NCBI GenBank assembly: GCA_012295275.1
Contig: CM022679.1
Location: 8,742,001 to 8,806,000, forward strand
Source of the DNA: Chrysomallon squamiferum
Lineage: Eukaryota > Animalia > Mollusca
Direction of reading: 5' to 3'
Length of the DNA stretch: 64,000 nucleotides
Below the pieces are notes generated by a model. It ran no database searches. It was not told the origin of the DNA and saw nothing but the letters and a program-made list of their open reading frames with translations. A program made the position numbers and the translations under genes. This document shows positions 13,081 through 26,000 of the stretch, piece by piece (position 1 is the first letter of the stretch; each line of letters starts with the position of its first letter).

Positions 13081-15262
13081 ATTACATCCAAACTTTTATT
13101 GAGTTGCTTATGTAATTCCTTTTTGTGCATTTAGGCAGTTAACTAACTAGAATTTCGTGTTTGTATTTTATCTTCTTTCACATGGATTTGCTTTTTCCTG
13201 TTGTGAACTGACTTCTGTAGCACATATTTTACTGTTACTAGTAAACAAAGATTCTGAAGATCAGATGCTTTACTCCTTGCCTTTATAAAGAGTATATGTA
13301 TGTCAGTAATAATATAATTCTTTATATGTTCAAGTTATTACTTTATTGTTTTGGACAACCTACCATCATGACATAAAACATTAAATAGCTATTTTATTCC
13401 TTCATAACAGCAGTCGTAATGTTTTTGCATACATGACTGATTAATAGGTACCTTTTTTTTCTGGCCATACTGGAAAAAGATTAGAACAAGTTGATCTGCC
13501 CTGAATAGAGTGACATTACAGCTACAGAAATATGATGGTATCTGGTATTATAAAACGGTATTTGTTTTTTTAATTTTACTTTGTTATTAATAAAGACTGG
13601 ACAGCAAAAAACAGAAATAAAAATGTGGTGGAAGTATATGCAGAATATATTTAGACTATTTCTTTTTATCCTCAGAGGGACACTCTGAAATGTTTTTGGA
13701 CTAGACTTAAGTGTAGAGAGGTAGTTGATATCCTCGAACACTGTAAATCTTTTTTCAATTACAGTCTATCAGCAGAAAGAAGATTATAAATTACAACTTC
13801 CAAATCATTATAGTTAAAGGAATCAGGTATTTTCAGTAGTCAGATAATATAATTAATCATTTCCAATAATTTTAAATTAAAAGAACTGTCTAATTCCCTA
13901 AGTATTCCATGCTCAAAATATTTGATAATTTATTCAGCTTCAAGCATAAAATTAACTTTGTGTAGTAACAACTTTTAGACTGTATTTGTATTTACAAAAC
14001 TTAAATACAATTTAAATTAATTTTTTAAAATTAAATTTTATATATATTTTTTTATATTTATGGATTTATGGAAGTGTATTTAATTATAGTTAAAAAAATA
14101 TATGTGTGTGTGCATACATACGTAATAACATCATATATACTTTTAAGAATTTAAATCAGAAACAGGGTAGAAGTCTAAAACCCACCTAAGATACCCTCCC
14201 AGATCTCTGCATGCCTTGTTTATTTTCATTGCTATTTTACTTCTAATGCAGGGTATTACATCTTTTTATACAGTTTAATATTTTCTATGACACAGAGATA
14301 CTGAATGATTCCACATTGTTAGCTAAAATATAAAACATACTGAATAAAAAACAAAAGCATGTTCATAAATAATAAGTGTAGTAAAATACTGAACTAAGAA
14401 AAAGTTAGAGAGTGTAAGCTAAATATATAAAAATTTACAATCTTAAATAGTGTTTATGTATTTTGGTGTTAGGATCATATTGGTGTCTATTTTTATTTTT
14501 TATTATTATGGTTCTGTATTATTCTTAATTCTTTTTTTTTTTTGTTGTTGTTTATATTTTATTTCTTGAATGCATTTATCTATCAGATTTTATATATGTA
14601 TATAGAAATGTTTGATTTTTGTAACTGTTTATAATTTATATATTACAAAGAACAAAGAACAATAACACAGCTTATTTCATAGATAACAATAGGTTACATT
14701 TTCTTTGTAATGTTTTCTTTTATATTATTATTATTTTATTTTTTTTGTACAATTAAATATCCTTTTGTACACATAGAACCATAAAATGACAGTTATATTG
14801 GACTTTTATAGATAAACAACACATACTTAAAAATTTTTTTTTATTTGTGATTGATTTATTGTTATTATTTAATTTTTAATTTTCCTTTATTTTTTTATTT
14901 TCTTAAACAGTTGTGTCTTGGATTACTTATGTTCACATAAATAGCAAGTATACAGTTTCTTGTTTCTTTTTTCTTTTGAATGATTTATTATTAATCAATT
15001 TTTTAAATTTTTTCCCCTAAATATTTGTGTGTCTTTGATTACTACAATCACATAAAACAACAATTATATTACAACTTTTATGGTCCTGCAATATATTTCA
15101 TTTTCTTTAATGTTTTTCTTTTCATTTATTTTTATCTTTGTTGATACTATTACTCTTGTATACAGTCATGTAGTAGAAAAGAGGTTATTTAACCTGTTAA
15201 GTGCAAACAATAGTTTTATTCTGGGGGTTTTTTCTCTGCATTTTTTTAAAATTATATTTTAT

Positions 15263-15299
<37 letters not shown>

Positions 15300-16311
15300 A
15301 GATGCTTGTGCATATTAAATGTGTGATCTCATAAAAGAACTAATATTTAATGATCTTAAAAATAAATGTAATAAGTGTTTGTTCTTGAAAAGTATTTTCA
15401 AATGAAAAAAAAAGCATATTTACTAAATATGAAAATTAAATAATACATTCATCTGTTTTGAGTGTATTCTCACAAACACAACATTAAGAGATTTCTTTTT
15501 CCTTTGTTTTTAAAAACAAAACACAGAAATTTAGAAAAATTAAAACCTTTATTAAACGTCATTAAAAAAATAATTTAAAAAAATTAACATATGTATATAG
15601 TTTAATATTTGCAAGCAGAAGTATATAAAGAACAGAAAATATTTAAATTATTAGTTTCTGTGGTTTCAAAAATATGTCACAAAGTATTCAGTCTTATTTA
15701 TACAGTTTACTGCCATATCTGAATAAGATAAAATATACTCTTTTTTTTTTTTGGATGTTTATGCTTTAAACATAGACTTAAAGAAATATCTGTACACCTG
15801 AAATGAGAATAATGCTTAATGCAGTTTATTGATCTCAAATTTATAAAATTACATTAACCATTGTTAAATAAATTATTATTTGAACTCAGTCAGTGGTGTA
15901 AAAAACTTGAAGTTTTCTCAACAGTATTTCAAGACTAGATTACACACTATCCATGCAATAACATTTATTTATTTATTTATTTATTTACTTCTATGCAAAG
16001 AAACTATTTATTTCATTATTTATATGCAATTAATAATATTATTAACTGCTGAGATTTGTTTATTTGTATACAATAACTGCTGCAAGATTTATTTATTTTC
16101 TTGTTTATTTATATACAATAGTAACTGGTATAATGTGTTTTTAATTATTATTTACTTAGTTATTTATATGCAATAATAACTGCCTTGAGATTCGTTAATT
16201 TATTTAGGTCTCTATTGTGTATTGATCTTCCAGTATGTGTGTTTTTAAGTTATCAGTGTAATGTTGTTTAGTTAAAAAAGTCTAGTGTTATGAGTGGAGC
16301 TGTGCATGTTT

Positions 16312-16619
16312 ATGCTGACAGATCCAGGATTCTTGCTATCAAGAGGAGGCCTCGGCAGTCTTTGTGTTTTAATATAAAATCTGCGTATAACCAAGTAGGT
16401 GAACAAACAGTAGTAGCCATTGCTGGTGGTTAAATATTTATTAAATTTGTGTGTGTGTATTCATGCATATACACATCATACATGTGTATGTATGTGCATT
16501 TGTATGAGAAAAAAGAGAAAATACAGGTTACACCTTTTTAAAATGAGTGAATGGATTTGGTGGTAAAAAACAGAGGAGAGAGTTTTAACTCATGAAGCAC
16601 CCTCCTGGATCTCTGCCTG
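16312..16619. mobile_element. MITE-like remnant with inverted termini
   Basis: AGATCCAGGA (16320-16329) and its perfect reverse complement TCCTGGATCT (16603-16612) lie ~290 bp apart. A similar right end (CCCAGATCTCTGC) occurs near 14200. Confidence 0.4.
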
Positions 16620-16821
16620 TTTTTTTTTTTTAAGGAAATGCTGGAGATGTATTCATGAATGAATTATTTTGCTATTTTCTTGAATAAAGCTATTGTTACA
16701 TATTATTCTGTTTTATTACTTTATTTTTTCACGTATATGATGATATTACATAGAAAAGTTAAAACTATTTTTAGAATTTAGGAGATTATGTTAAGTGTTT
16801 AGATGAGAAGTCTAGTAACTG

Positions 16822-16906
16822 GTTACCTGTCTCCATCTTTGTTTATCAAAAGATGATGACACTAACATGGGTTCAACCATTCCAGGATCATAGATTTGTT
16901 CTTCCA
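16822..16906 (-). pseudogene. Degenerate duplicate of the 3' half of SGSH exon 6 including its splice donor
   Basis: GTTACCTGTCTCCATCTTTGTTTATCAAAAGATGATGACACTAACATGGGTTCAACCATTCCAGGATCATAGATTTGTTCTTCCA aligns to 18230-18316 with a few substitutions and a 2-nt deletion. Confidence 0.9.
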
Positions 16907-17343
16907 TTATCACATATAATCTATTAAATTTTATAAAATATTTAAAAAATATAATTTTTATAAAAACAATTTCACATGCTTACCATAAAATATGTTTGAA
17001 ACTTGTAATGCCTATGTCAATACACATTAACTCGTGTATTCCTGCACATGCATAAAATCAGCACCAACATTCTTAAAATATTCATATGCATAAAAATTCA
17101 ATATACATGTCCATGAATTCAAATGAAATATTCGAATGAAAATGATCTCTGAATCAACACCTATCATGATGCTGCTCTGGCAAGATTTATGACGTGACAT
17201 TTAATAAATTATTTTTCCCAAACTGACCTCTATTTCTACGACTTGCTTCATGTTTCTCTGTCATCTGCCAGTGACTTATTTTAGCATGCTAAAGTGCAGC
17301 TTATTTTGCACCCTGCTATGTAATTAGCTACCTACAATGCAGA

Positions 17344-18031
17344 TTATGTTTCGTCATCTAACATATTGTCCAGTGGTAAACATACAGGTGATATTGCCCT
17401 AGTTGCCTCCAGCACCCCAACTGGAGAGCAAATCCATGGATCAGCTGTCACATTCTGCCATCTGTTCAGATCGGTTTTTAAATTTTTAAGTATGTCGGCA
17501 TATTCACTTTTGCGAGCCAAATTGGTCAGTTCGTGAGGATCATTAACCAAATCAAACAGTTCCCAAGATGGCCGGTAGTAGTAAGTCTTCAGAGTTTTGT
17601 ACCAGTGAAGATCTTCTTTTCTTCGTGTCCTTTTCAGTAAATCCTGGAATGTTGCTGATATGTAGAAGTCTTGATCTATGGGGAATGGCATTTTGAAGTT
17701 GTGATTTTGTATTAGTTTGAACTGTTTTGTTCTAAGGACTCTCATTGGATAATACATTGTGACCTCGTGAAGGTCATGGCTGGCATACACCCTGTCCCAG
17801 CCTGTGATTGGTTCAGATTTAAGCAGAGGCAGCATGGATCTGCCTGTTAGTTTGACAACGTGATGTTGTAGTTTATAATGTGGGTACTGCAGACCAAACC
17901 AATCAAGAACTGTTGGGACAATGTCCACTAGGCTAACCATTGCTTCACTCTCCTAAAAAAAAAAAAAAAAAAGAAGAAAACATATTTCAGAAAATTAATA
18001 TGATGTATAAATATATTTTACTCTACTACTA

Positions 18032-18067
<36 letters not shown>

Positions 18068-18810
18068 CAGATATCATTCATCAGAACATTTCTCTAGCAA
18101 GACAGCCGATATTTAAAATGATAAAATGAAACAATTTTTATCATCATCACGACTACCTCCACCACCACCACCACCATCATCATAATAAACAGATTACATA
18201 TATAACAAGAAAATATATCATATAACACAGTTACCTGCCCCCATCTCTGTTTATCAAAAGGTGATGACACTAACATGGGTTCAGCCATTCCAGGATCGTA
18301 CAGATTTGTTCTTCCACTAGGAAATGGGATTCCATTGTCAGATGTGAATATAATCAGTGTGTCATCAAGGTGACCAGCCTTTGTAAGTTCCTCGGTTATC
18401 AGTCCAATTCCTGGGTTAAAATATTTATAAGCTTATATAAGACGCATTCTTTTCGTACTGAAATAATAATGTAACCTGATCTCAATAATCCAGAATTCTA
18501 GTGCTTGATGCTGTGTGAACAGTGTGTAATTAAACTCTCTGTGACTATATTAATAACACACGTTAATTTTACAATGAGTAAAGTAGTTTTTAAAACCTAC
18601 CCCTATTTATTTCTTTATTTGTATTATTTCTACCAAATCCATTTTGATGTAAAATATGAGAAAATGTTATAGTTTTTATTTTACCAATGCTTTTTAAAAT
18701 TCTGGTTGTAATTTTATTATTTTTTATTTTTATTTAAAAAAAAAAAAAAAAAAAAAAAAAATATGATTCATAATAATAATAAATAAAACTATAAAAACAA
18801 CAGAAACAAA

Positions 18811-18845
<35 letters not shown>

Positions 18846-20443
18846 ATCAAATAATAAATTTTTCAAAAATGTTTAAAAAATATAAATATTCAGGTGTTCT
18901 CCACCTTGGTCCATTCTGCCTATGGTTGTGTACTGAGCTGCAATGTCAGCCCTGGCTGCGGGTGTGTCCTGTACAAAGTAGGGGACGATGACATCGTGTG
19001 GGGAGTAGTACACAGGTTTCCAGTCAGGAATCAGCCCCATTCCTTGATCTCCATTACCAAAGAGTTCACAGAAACTGCCAAACTCTGGATGGGTGTGGCC
19101 ACATCGGTGTGGGTCATGAAATCCTATGTACAACAGAAATGGTCTGAAATTAACAAGAACAAATATCTTTGACATTTTTCATTCATTCTTTCACTCACTC
19201 TCTCACTCACTCACTCACTCGTTCATCTATTTATTCATTTATTTATTCTGATATGGTTATTTTTTATTTCGTAGTAAAAGATGGAACCATAATAAACTAT
19301 TTTCTTTAAAACCTGCACCAGATCAGTTATCTGGCAGATTTGGGGTTGGAGCTGACTCCATCTTCTTTAGCTTTTTGCATATATAGCAGAAAAGTTTTTG
19401 ATGAAAATTAAAAATAAATTTATAATGATTAATTCAGCTAGCTTTAAAAGTAAAAGGTTTATTTTTAAAGGTAATAGATTTTCTGGGTGATGGATTCCTG
19501 TAGTGATGGTCCATTTTTTTTTTTTTAAATAAGTGGTTTTATAATTATTAATCTGGCTAGTTTTAAAAGTAATAATCTGGAAGCCAGATACTTACATTGA
19601 AACTTTAGAAAGGTTGTTAAAGAAAATTATGAATAACCTATTTTATAATTATTAATCCACCTCTTCGGTTAATGCATTTGAAAGTCCAACAGACCTATCA
19701 TCCTCGACAGCGAAGAACTGTTGTGCATACTGTTTCATTAGAGTTATGTTTCTTCCTATTTGAAGAATTGGTAAGTCTTCTTCTGTCACAGAGAAATTGA
19801 AAGGGTAAGCACTGTCTGGACCAACATGTTTTTTTCCAATGATACCTTGAAATAAAATAACAAATCAATAAAAATTAATGAACGTTTCATTAAATAAAAT
19901 AAAACAAAATTATAAACTCATATAAATGTAAAGTTGTGTAAAATAAAGTAAAAGTAAAGTGAATATAAATTCAGAATGAAATCACAAAAGATATATAAAT
20001 AAAATGATAATAATAAAAACAAAACAAAATAAAGTAATAATAAAAAATAATAATAACAAAATAAAGATAATTGAATAAAATGAAATAATAAAAATATAAA
20101 ACAAAAACAAATGAAACTAAACAGAACGAAAATAGTCCTAGAGAAAATACCTATAATAAAACTTTCCTTTTAATTATGTCATAATACCAATGGTTAAAAA
20201 TTTTAATAAAGACTTCAGTTATGCTTTGAACAAATTTAATAGGAAACCTCTCACTGGTGTTAAATATCACACCTGTTCTAATATTGGCTTGTTGCAGTAG
20301 ATGTGGAAGACTGCGTATGCCATCAAAAGAGTTAAAATGGTGGACACTGTTGTGAAGACCATACATCCCATTCTGATGCTGAGGAAGACCAGTAAGAATA
20401 GCAGACCTGAATATTAACATATTTATAATTACTTTATTTTGTG

Positions 20444-20482
<39 letters not shown>

Positions 20483-23033
20483 AATTAAAGCTGTATAAAA
20501 CAACAGAGGCTTTATATATACACAGATGCAAATCAAACACAAAATACTAACATTCCAAGATGACAGACAATTGATTAACATATTTCAGGATATTTATTTT
20601 CTTAGTAAAATACATTCCCATAAAGATGAACCCCATATATCATTTATCCATACATACCCTGAGTAATACATTACATACATATATAAATATAAATACAAAC
20701 CCACCCACAAGACCTATATCAAAGCAGTAACATATCTGAAATATATAGTAAATACAAAACAATCCAAGAACTTTAAATGAAGAAAATTTGTAATCCTTTG
20801 AAAAGTGGTTTAACATTGTATGATAATGCATATTAAGAAATAGAATGATAAATTTCACTGTACTATTTTGAAACCTGTTTCAAACTAAGAGGCCACAGCA
20901 TACATGCTTGAACCAGAACTAAATAAATTTCTAACTTAAATCTGAATTACATTTGCTTAATCAACAACATTTTAAAATAAGAGTCTGAATGTTTTATAAT
21001 GTATTTCTCAAAATCTATTAGTTGTTTTAAAAAGACACAATGCTCCCAGTGTTTTAAATCGTAACATCAATAAGAAAAGGGGATATTTTTATTCTATTTG
21101 TTTGAATGTTTTTGAATCAATTGTTTTTTATGTTTTGGTGCAAGACAAATACCTGCTTGGAGAACAACTGCTCACTGAAGTAAATGCGTTCGTAAAAGAT
21201 CACACTTCTTTTTGCAAGTTTGTTTAGATTAGGCGTCCGACATACACTGTTGTTGTACACCTGACTTTCAAAACCAGCGTCATCTCCTAGAAAAGTAGAC
21301 ACATAATGTAGTACATTAAAAAAAATGACTATTATACATTAATTTTATACTAATAATCATTATTTTTTTATGAATTTTATAATCAAAAATCATTATTTTG
21401 TGAACCTGTTTATATGGTTGCTTGGTATAATTTGTGTATTCTTGAATCTTCTTTTTGTAGTACAGAATGTTTTTTTTAGAATACAGTTCCAGTATAATTG
21501 TAACTTGCAGCATGTGTGTGTGTGTGTTTGCACAGTTGTGTGTACATTTGTGAAAGATATATATTACTATATTGAATTTTAATAGATGGAATAAAGATAA
21601 AAACCAAAATATATTCAAATGAAAGATAGACAAAATAAAAAAAAAAACACCAAAAGAGTTAGAACAGAAATCCTGGATACAGTCAGTTATGTAATTAACT
21701 TCTTAAAAAGTATCCAATATTTACATATTACTTATACACTTGTGATAACCGTAAACTAAAGGTTCATGTAAGGTGAAGGTTGTAATATAAATTAAGAGAC
21801 AGGTATCATATCAAGTTTTATCAGCTCATTTGCCAGAGATGAAGGAACAGAAGATTTCCATTCAGGTACTTACTAATATTTATAGCTTCAGTTTAAACAT
21901 AATCAAAAAAACTTATCAACCCGTTTAGACAACTTTACAACTTGCGAGAAAATAAAGAATTTGATAAAGATTGAAAAATTAAAAAAAATTATTCTTCTGC
22001 TTTGATGTAAGGATAGTTAATGGTGCTTTTGACTGTGCTTGATAATGGTAAGCAATTAACATGGTATTGGTTTGTGTTCAAATAAATGAAGAAAAAGTGT
22101 GTCAAAAGTAATAGCAGTTTATCATCAAGTAGCAAACACGAGAATGATACAAGCAGAACATGATGTGATTTATGATCATGTAAATCTGTCAGTGAAAATT
22201 GTGTTCGTTTATTGAAGTTAAAGTTTTATATGCTATCGAAGGTGTTCTTAAAAATATACTCATCCACAAAAGAAAATGCTACTTCATAAAAAATTTGTTT
22301 AAAATGTGTGACCATAAACGTATTGTATTTTCTGTACAAAGCCTTTTTTAGTTTAGCAGTGATAGGGATATTCTGGGCTTTTTTTTTTTTCCTCCTGTTG
22401 AGCTTTTTAATTTTCTTAATTTAACAAAAAAAATGAAATATATATATATATATGTAATACTCTAATTATTGAAATGTCTTATAAAATGGATGGCTATCAA
22501 ACATTCAGGGTGCAACAAATCATATTTTATTTTGTTAAATATTTTGTATGCGTTTATATAAAGTTTTGGTCAACAAAATGTGTATATATTAACAAAAATG
22601 TGAAAACAACACATCTTGAGGTATTATTTAAAAAAATATCAAAATGGTGCACTAATGGCCATGTGTATGACTCAGTCATGGACAAACACATTCTAAATGT
22701 GATAACTCTGAAGTGTAATATGCACAGTGTTGAATCAATTCAGTACTTACAAAGAATAAATTAAACTACAAGGAACAATAATATTTGAAAATGCTACGAT
22801 GTTATAAATTAAAATTTTGCAGTTATAAACTGTTAAAATCAATCAAGCCTCATGTTGTTGCTATGCCAAACAATAATGCTTAAAAATGCTACTGTATTAC
22901 ATTTACATTTTGCAATTAAAGTGTATCTGTATAAAAAGTCAAAATTGTTACCTTTAAAATAACGTTTTGGTTTGTTTAGTTCCATCACCAATGTTTGCTA
23001 ATACTAAATGCCATTAATCTTTACACTTCCAAT

Positions 23034-23099
<66 letters not shown>

Positions 23100-26000
23100 G
23101 AAATAAAATAGTTTAGTAAATGGTGGTGAAACAGTGATTTCTTGAGACTGTTGTATTTTCCTGTAATTGATCACACCAAGAATAAAGAGAAATCCCTTAT
23201 TTGTTATTTTATTACTTTAAAATTAAACATAAAACTTTAAGGCTTTGGTTTTTGCTTTGGCTTTGACTTTAACCCCATGTGTGAAAAAAACAAAAAACAC
23301 CTTAAGAATGATTTGAAAAATATACAAAATGTGCTAAGGTTATTTGTTAATATTGCCACAGTTACAAATGAAGAGAACATGCTATTATAAAATATTGTTT
23401 TTAAATAAAATAAAAATACTAATATTCTAAGAAAAAAGAAAACTGATATAACATTTGTCAGGATATTTCTTTACTTGGAGACTTACAGAAAGTGCTTTCC
23501 TGAAAAGATGAACCCCGAAGTTATTAGTTAAAAAATCTTGTTACTTAAGCTGGGCATAAATGTCTGAATTAGTGAATATTTAACAACATATCAATAAAAT
23601 TAATGGTAATATAGTCACAAGTGGAAGGTGTTTTTTATTATTTATTTTTTTTATTAACATCTGAATTAGTGAATATTTAACACTATATCAATAATTTTAA
23701 TGGTAATATAGTCATGAGTGCAATGTGGTTTTGGGGGTGTTTTGTTCATATATAAGAAAAAAACAACAATAAAAAAAACTCCAAAATCCCCAAACACAGT
23801 GCCACCACATCTTGGTCTACTTTTGTGAACAGTTTATTGAATTTCATCTTCTAATCAACTGAAAAATCACCCACAAACTATAGCCATGGAAAATACAGTC
23901 CTGGGGCAAGAAGAAAAAAAAAAAAAAAAAAGTAGTAATAAAATGAGAGTAATGAAGAGTGGCTTATAATGAATTTTTCCAATACTAACAGCTGCACTGC
24001 AGCCTAAACGCTTGCAGACTGTAAATTATTTTGCTTAGTATACACAATAAGCGAGCGACGCAAGAACGTGTTCTTTTTATCATAAAAACTCCATAAACAA
24101 TTTATAATACTCAATTCAGTAGAAACTAAACCATGTGCCGCCCAGAATTTTGTTTTAGTTTTACTTCTGACACCCCCCCAAAAAACACGAATTGCACTGG
24201 CGTATTGCTCCTAAAACCAAACTGCTTCTCGAAGACATGGTAGAGCAAGACTTAGTGCAAACAGAATGCCTACACAACCAATTATGCATGATGAAATTGA
24301 AATGCAGGTGAGTACATTTTATGTACATCTATAACCTATCAAATAAAATTATTGGTAAAATCAATTCATAACTGCAGATGTTTATGGTGGAAAAAAAAAA
24401 AAAAAAAAATTAAAATTGTTTTTTTTTTCGGAATGTGTTATGACAAATGCATAGTTTTGAAAAATATCTTACAATACATTTGTCTTAAAACAAAAGACAA
24501 TTAAAAAGAAAAAAGAAAAGAAAAATAAAAAAAATAATGTTAAAATGTTACTCATTTTCTCATTAATATATATACAATTTTAATATGTTAATTGATGTTA
24601 TACTTTGATGTATGTATTTATATTCATGAGTAAGTTTATAATTATCAGATATATTTTATATTAAACATCACTGGGATTATATCAATTGTTGTTAAAATTA
24701 ATAATAGTAAAAATAACAAAAAGTAATCAAATTTAGAAAATAAATAAATATACAAATCATTCAAAACATGATTAAACTTAAAGCAAACTTGTTCACTGTA
24801 TCTAGAAGATGATATATTGTTAGTACTGATAAATACATTCAGTTTGGTAAACATGAAATTCTGTCACTATTGGTAAACTTAATAAATTATAATTATTGTA
24901 AACATGAAACATAATACTACTGCAATACTTGAAGATGACAGATAACTTGTTAATACTGGTAAACATGATGATCCATAATATATATATATATATATATTAT
25001 GATGATAAATAATTAGTATTGGTAAACTTTATAAACCATCATTGCTGGTAAACATGATGATAGATGATCAGTATTGATAAACTTGATAAAGTATCAGTGT
25101 TGGTAAAGAAGAAGTCAAAATTATAAGCCTGGTAAACATGTTGATAAATTTTCAGTAGGGTAAATATGATGATAAATTATTAGTAGGGTAAACATGACAA
25201 ATGTTCAGTATTAATAATCCTGATGATAAATTAACAGTACCAATGTACATGATGGTAAATTAAAATATTGATACAAACGATGATAAATTAACAGTACTCG
25301 TACAGCTAATGACAAACTAAGAATCCTGGCAAGCATAATACATTTTCATTATCGATGAATACAATTTTCTCGCAACCATTAATCGAAGACTAATTGAATA
25401 TAAACAGTAGGGAGCTCATGAATTCGGCATGCATGAGACAGATGTAACCACGAAGAGAGATGATAAACCAAATCACAGGCCAGTTGTGTTTAGTCAATAC
25501 TGTCAGTTGCCGAACACGAACTGCACAGGCCACACAGCACTTTTTCTCTTCTGGAAATTCAGACATTCCCCACAAGTTTTGTGCCACCAATAAGCCCAAA
25601 GTTTAAAGCTTTGGCTTTGACTTTAACCACATCCGCAACAAAGAAGCTTTTTGCAACCTGGACAGAGATGTTATTATCTGTGAGGTAATAAAGGAGCCAA
25701 CGTTCCAAGTTCTGTAGAGTGCTTCATGGGGAAATCGCTGTAACTTGCCTGTTGCGATGAATACTGAATGTCACCAGTGATCCAAGGAACACTCTGCTGT
25801 GGATGTTTTCAGACATCTTTGAAGTCTGGAAGCCACAGTTCTTGAACATTCGATTGCTGACGACAATTGATGATGTCTTGCTTGGATTTTGCCAGCAGAT
25901 GTAGACTTTTTGTCAAACATTTACAGAGCCGTTTCTATTTCAGTGAAATGAAATTTATGTTGATTCAGAGCTGTGATGTGAGTAACTTTTAAAGACATTG

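Noticed and set aside
12651-13134. Hydrophobic F/L/Y-rich ORFs resembling membrane proteins
   Set aside because: Products of a T-rich degenerate repeat, open in several frames, with no splice or motif support.
24200-24313. Strong plus-strand donor CAG|GTGAGT at 24307 inside SGSH intron 1
   Set aside because: No partner exon or recognisable ORF; likely chance or transposon debris.
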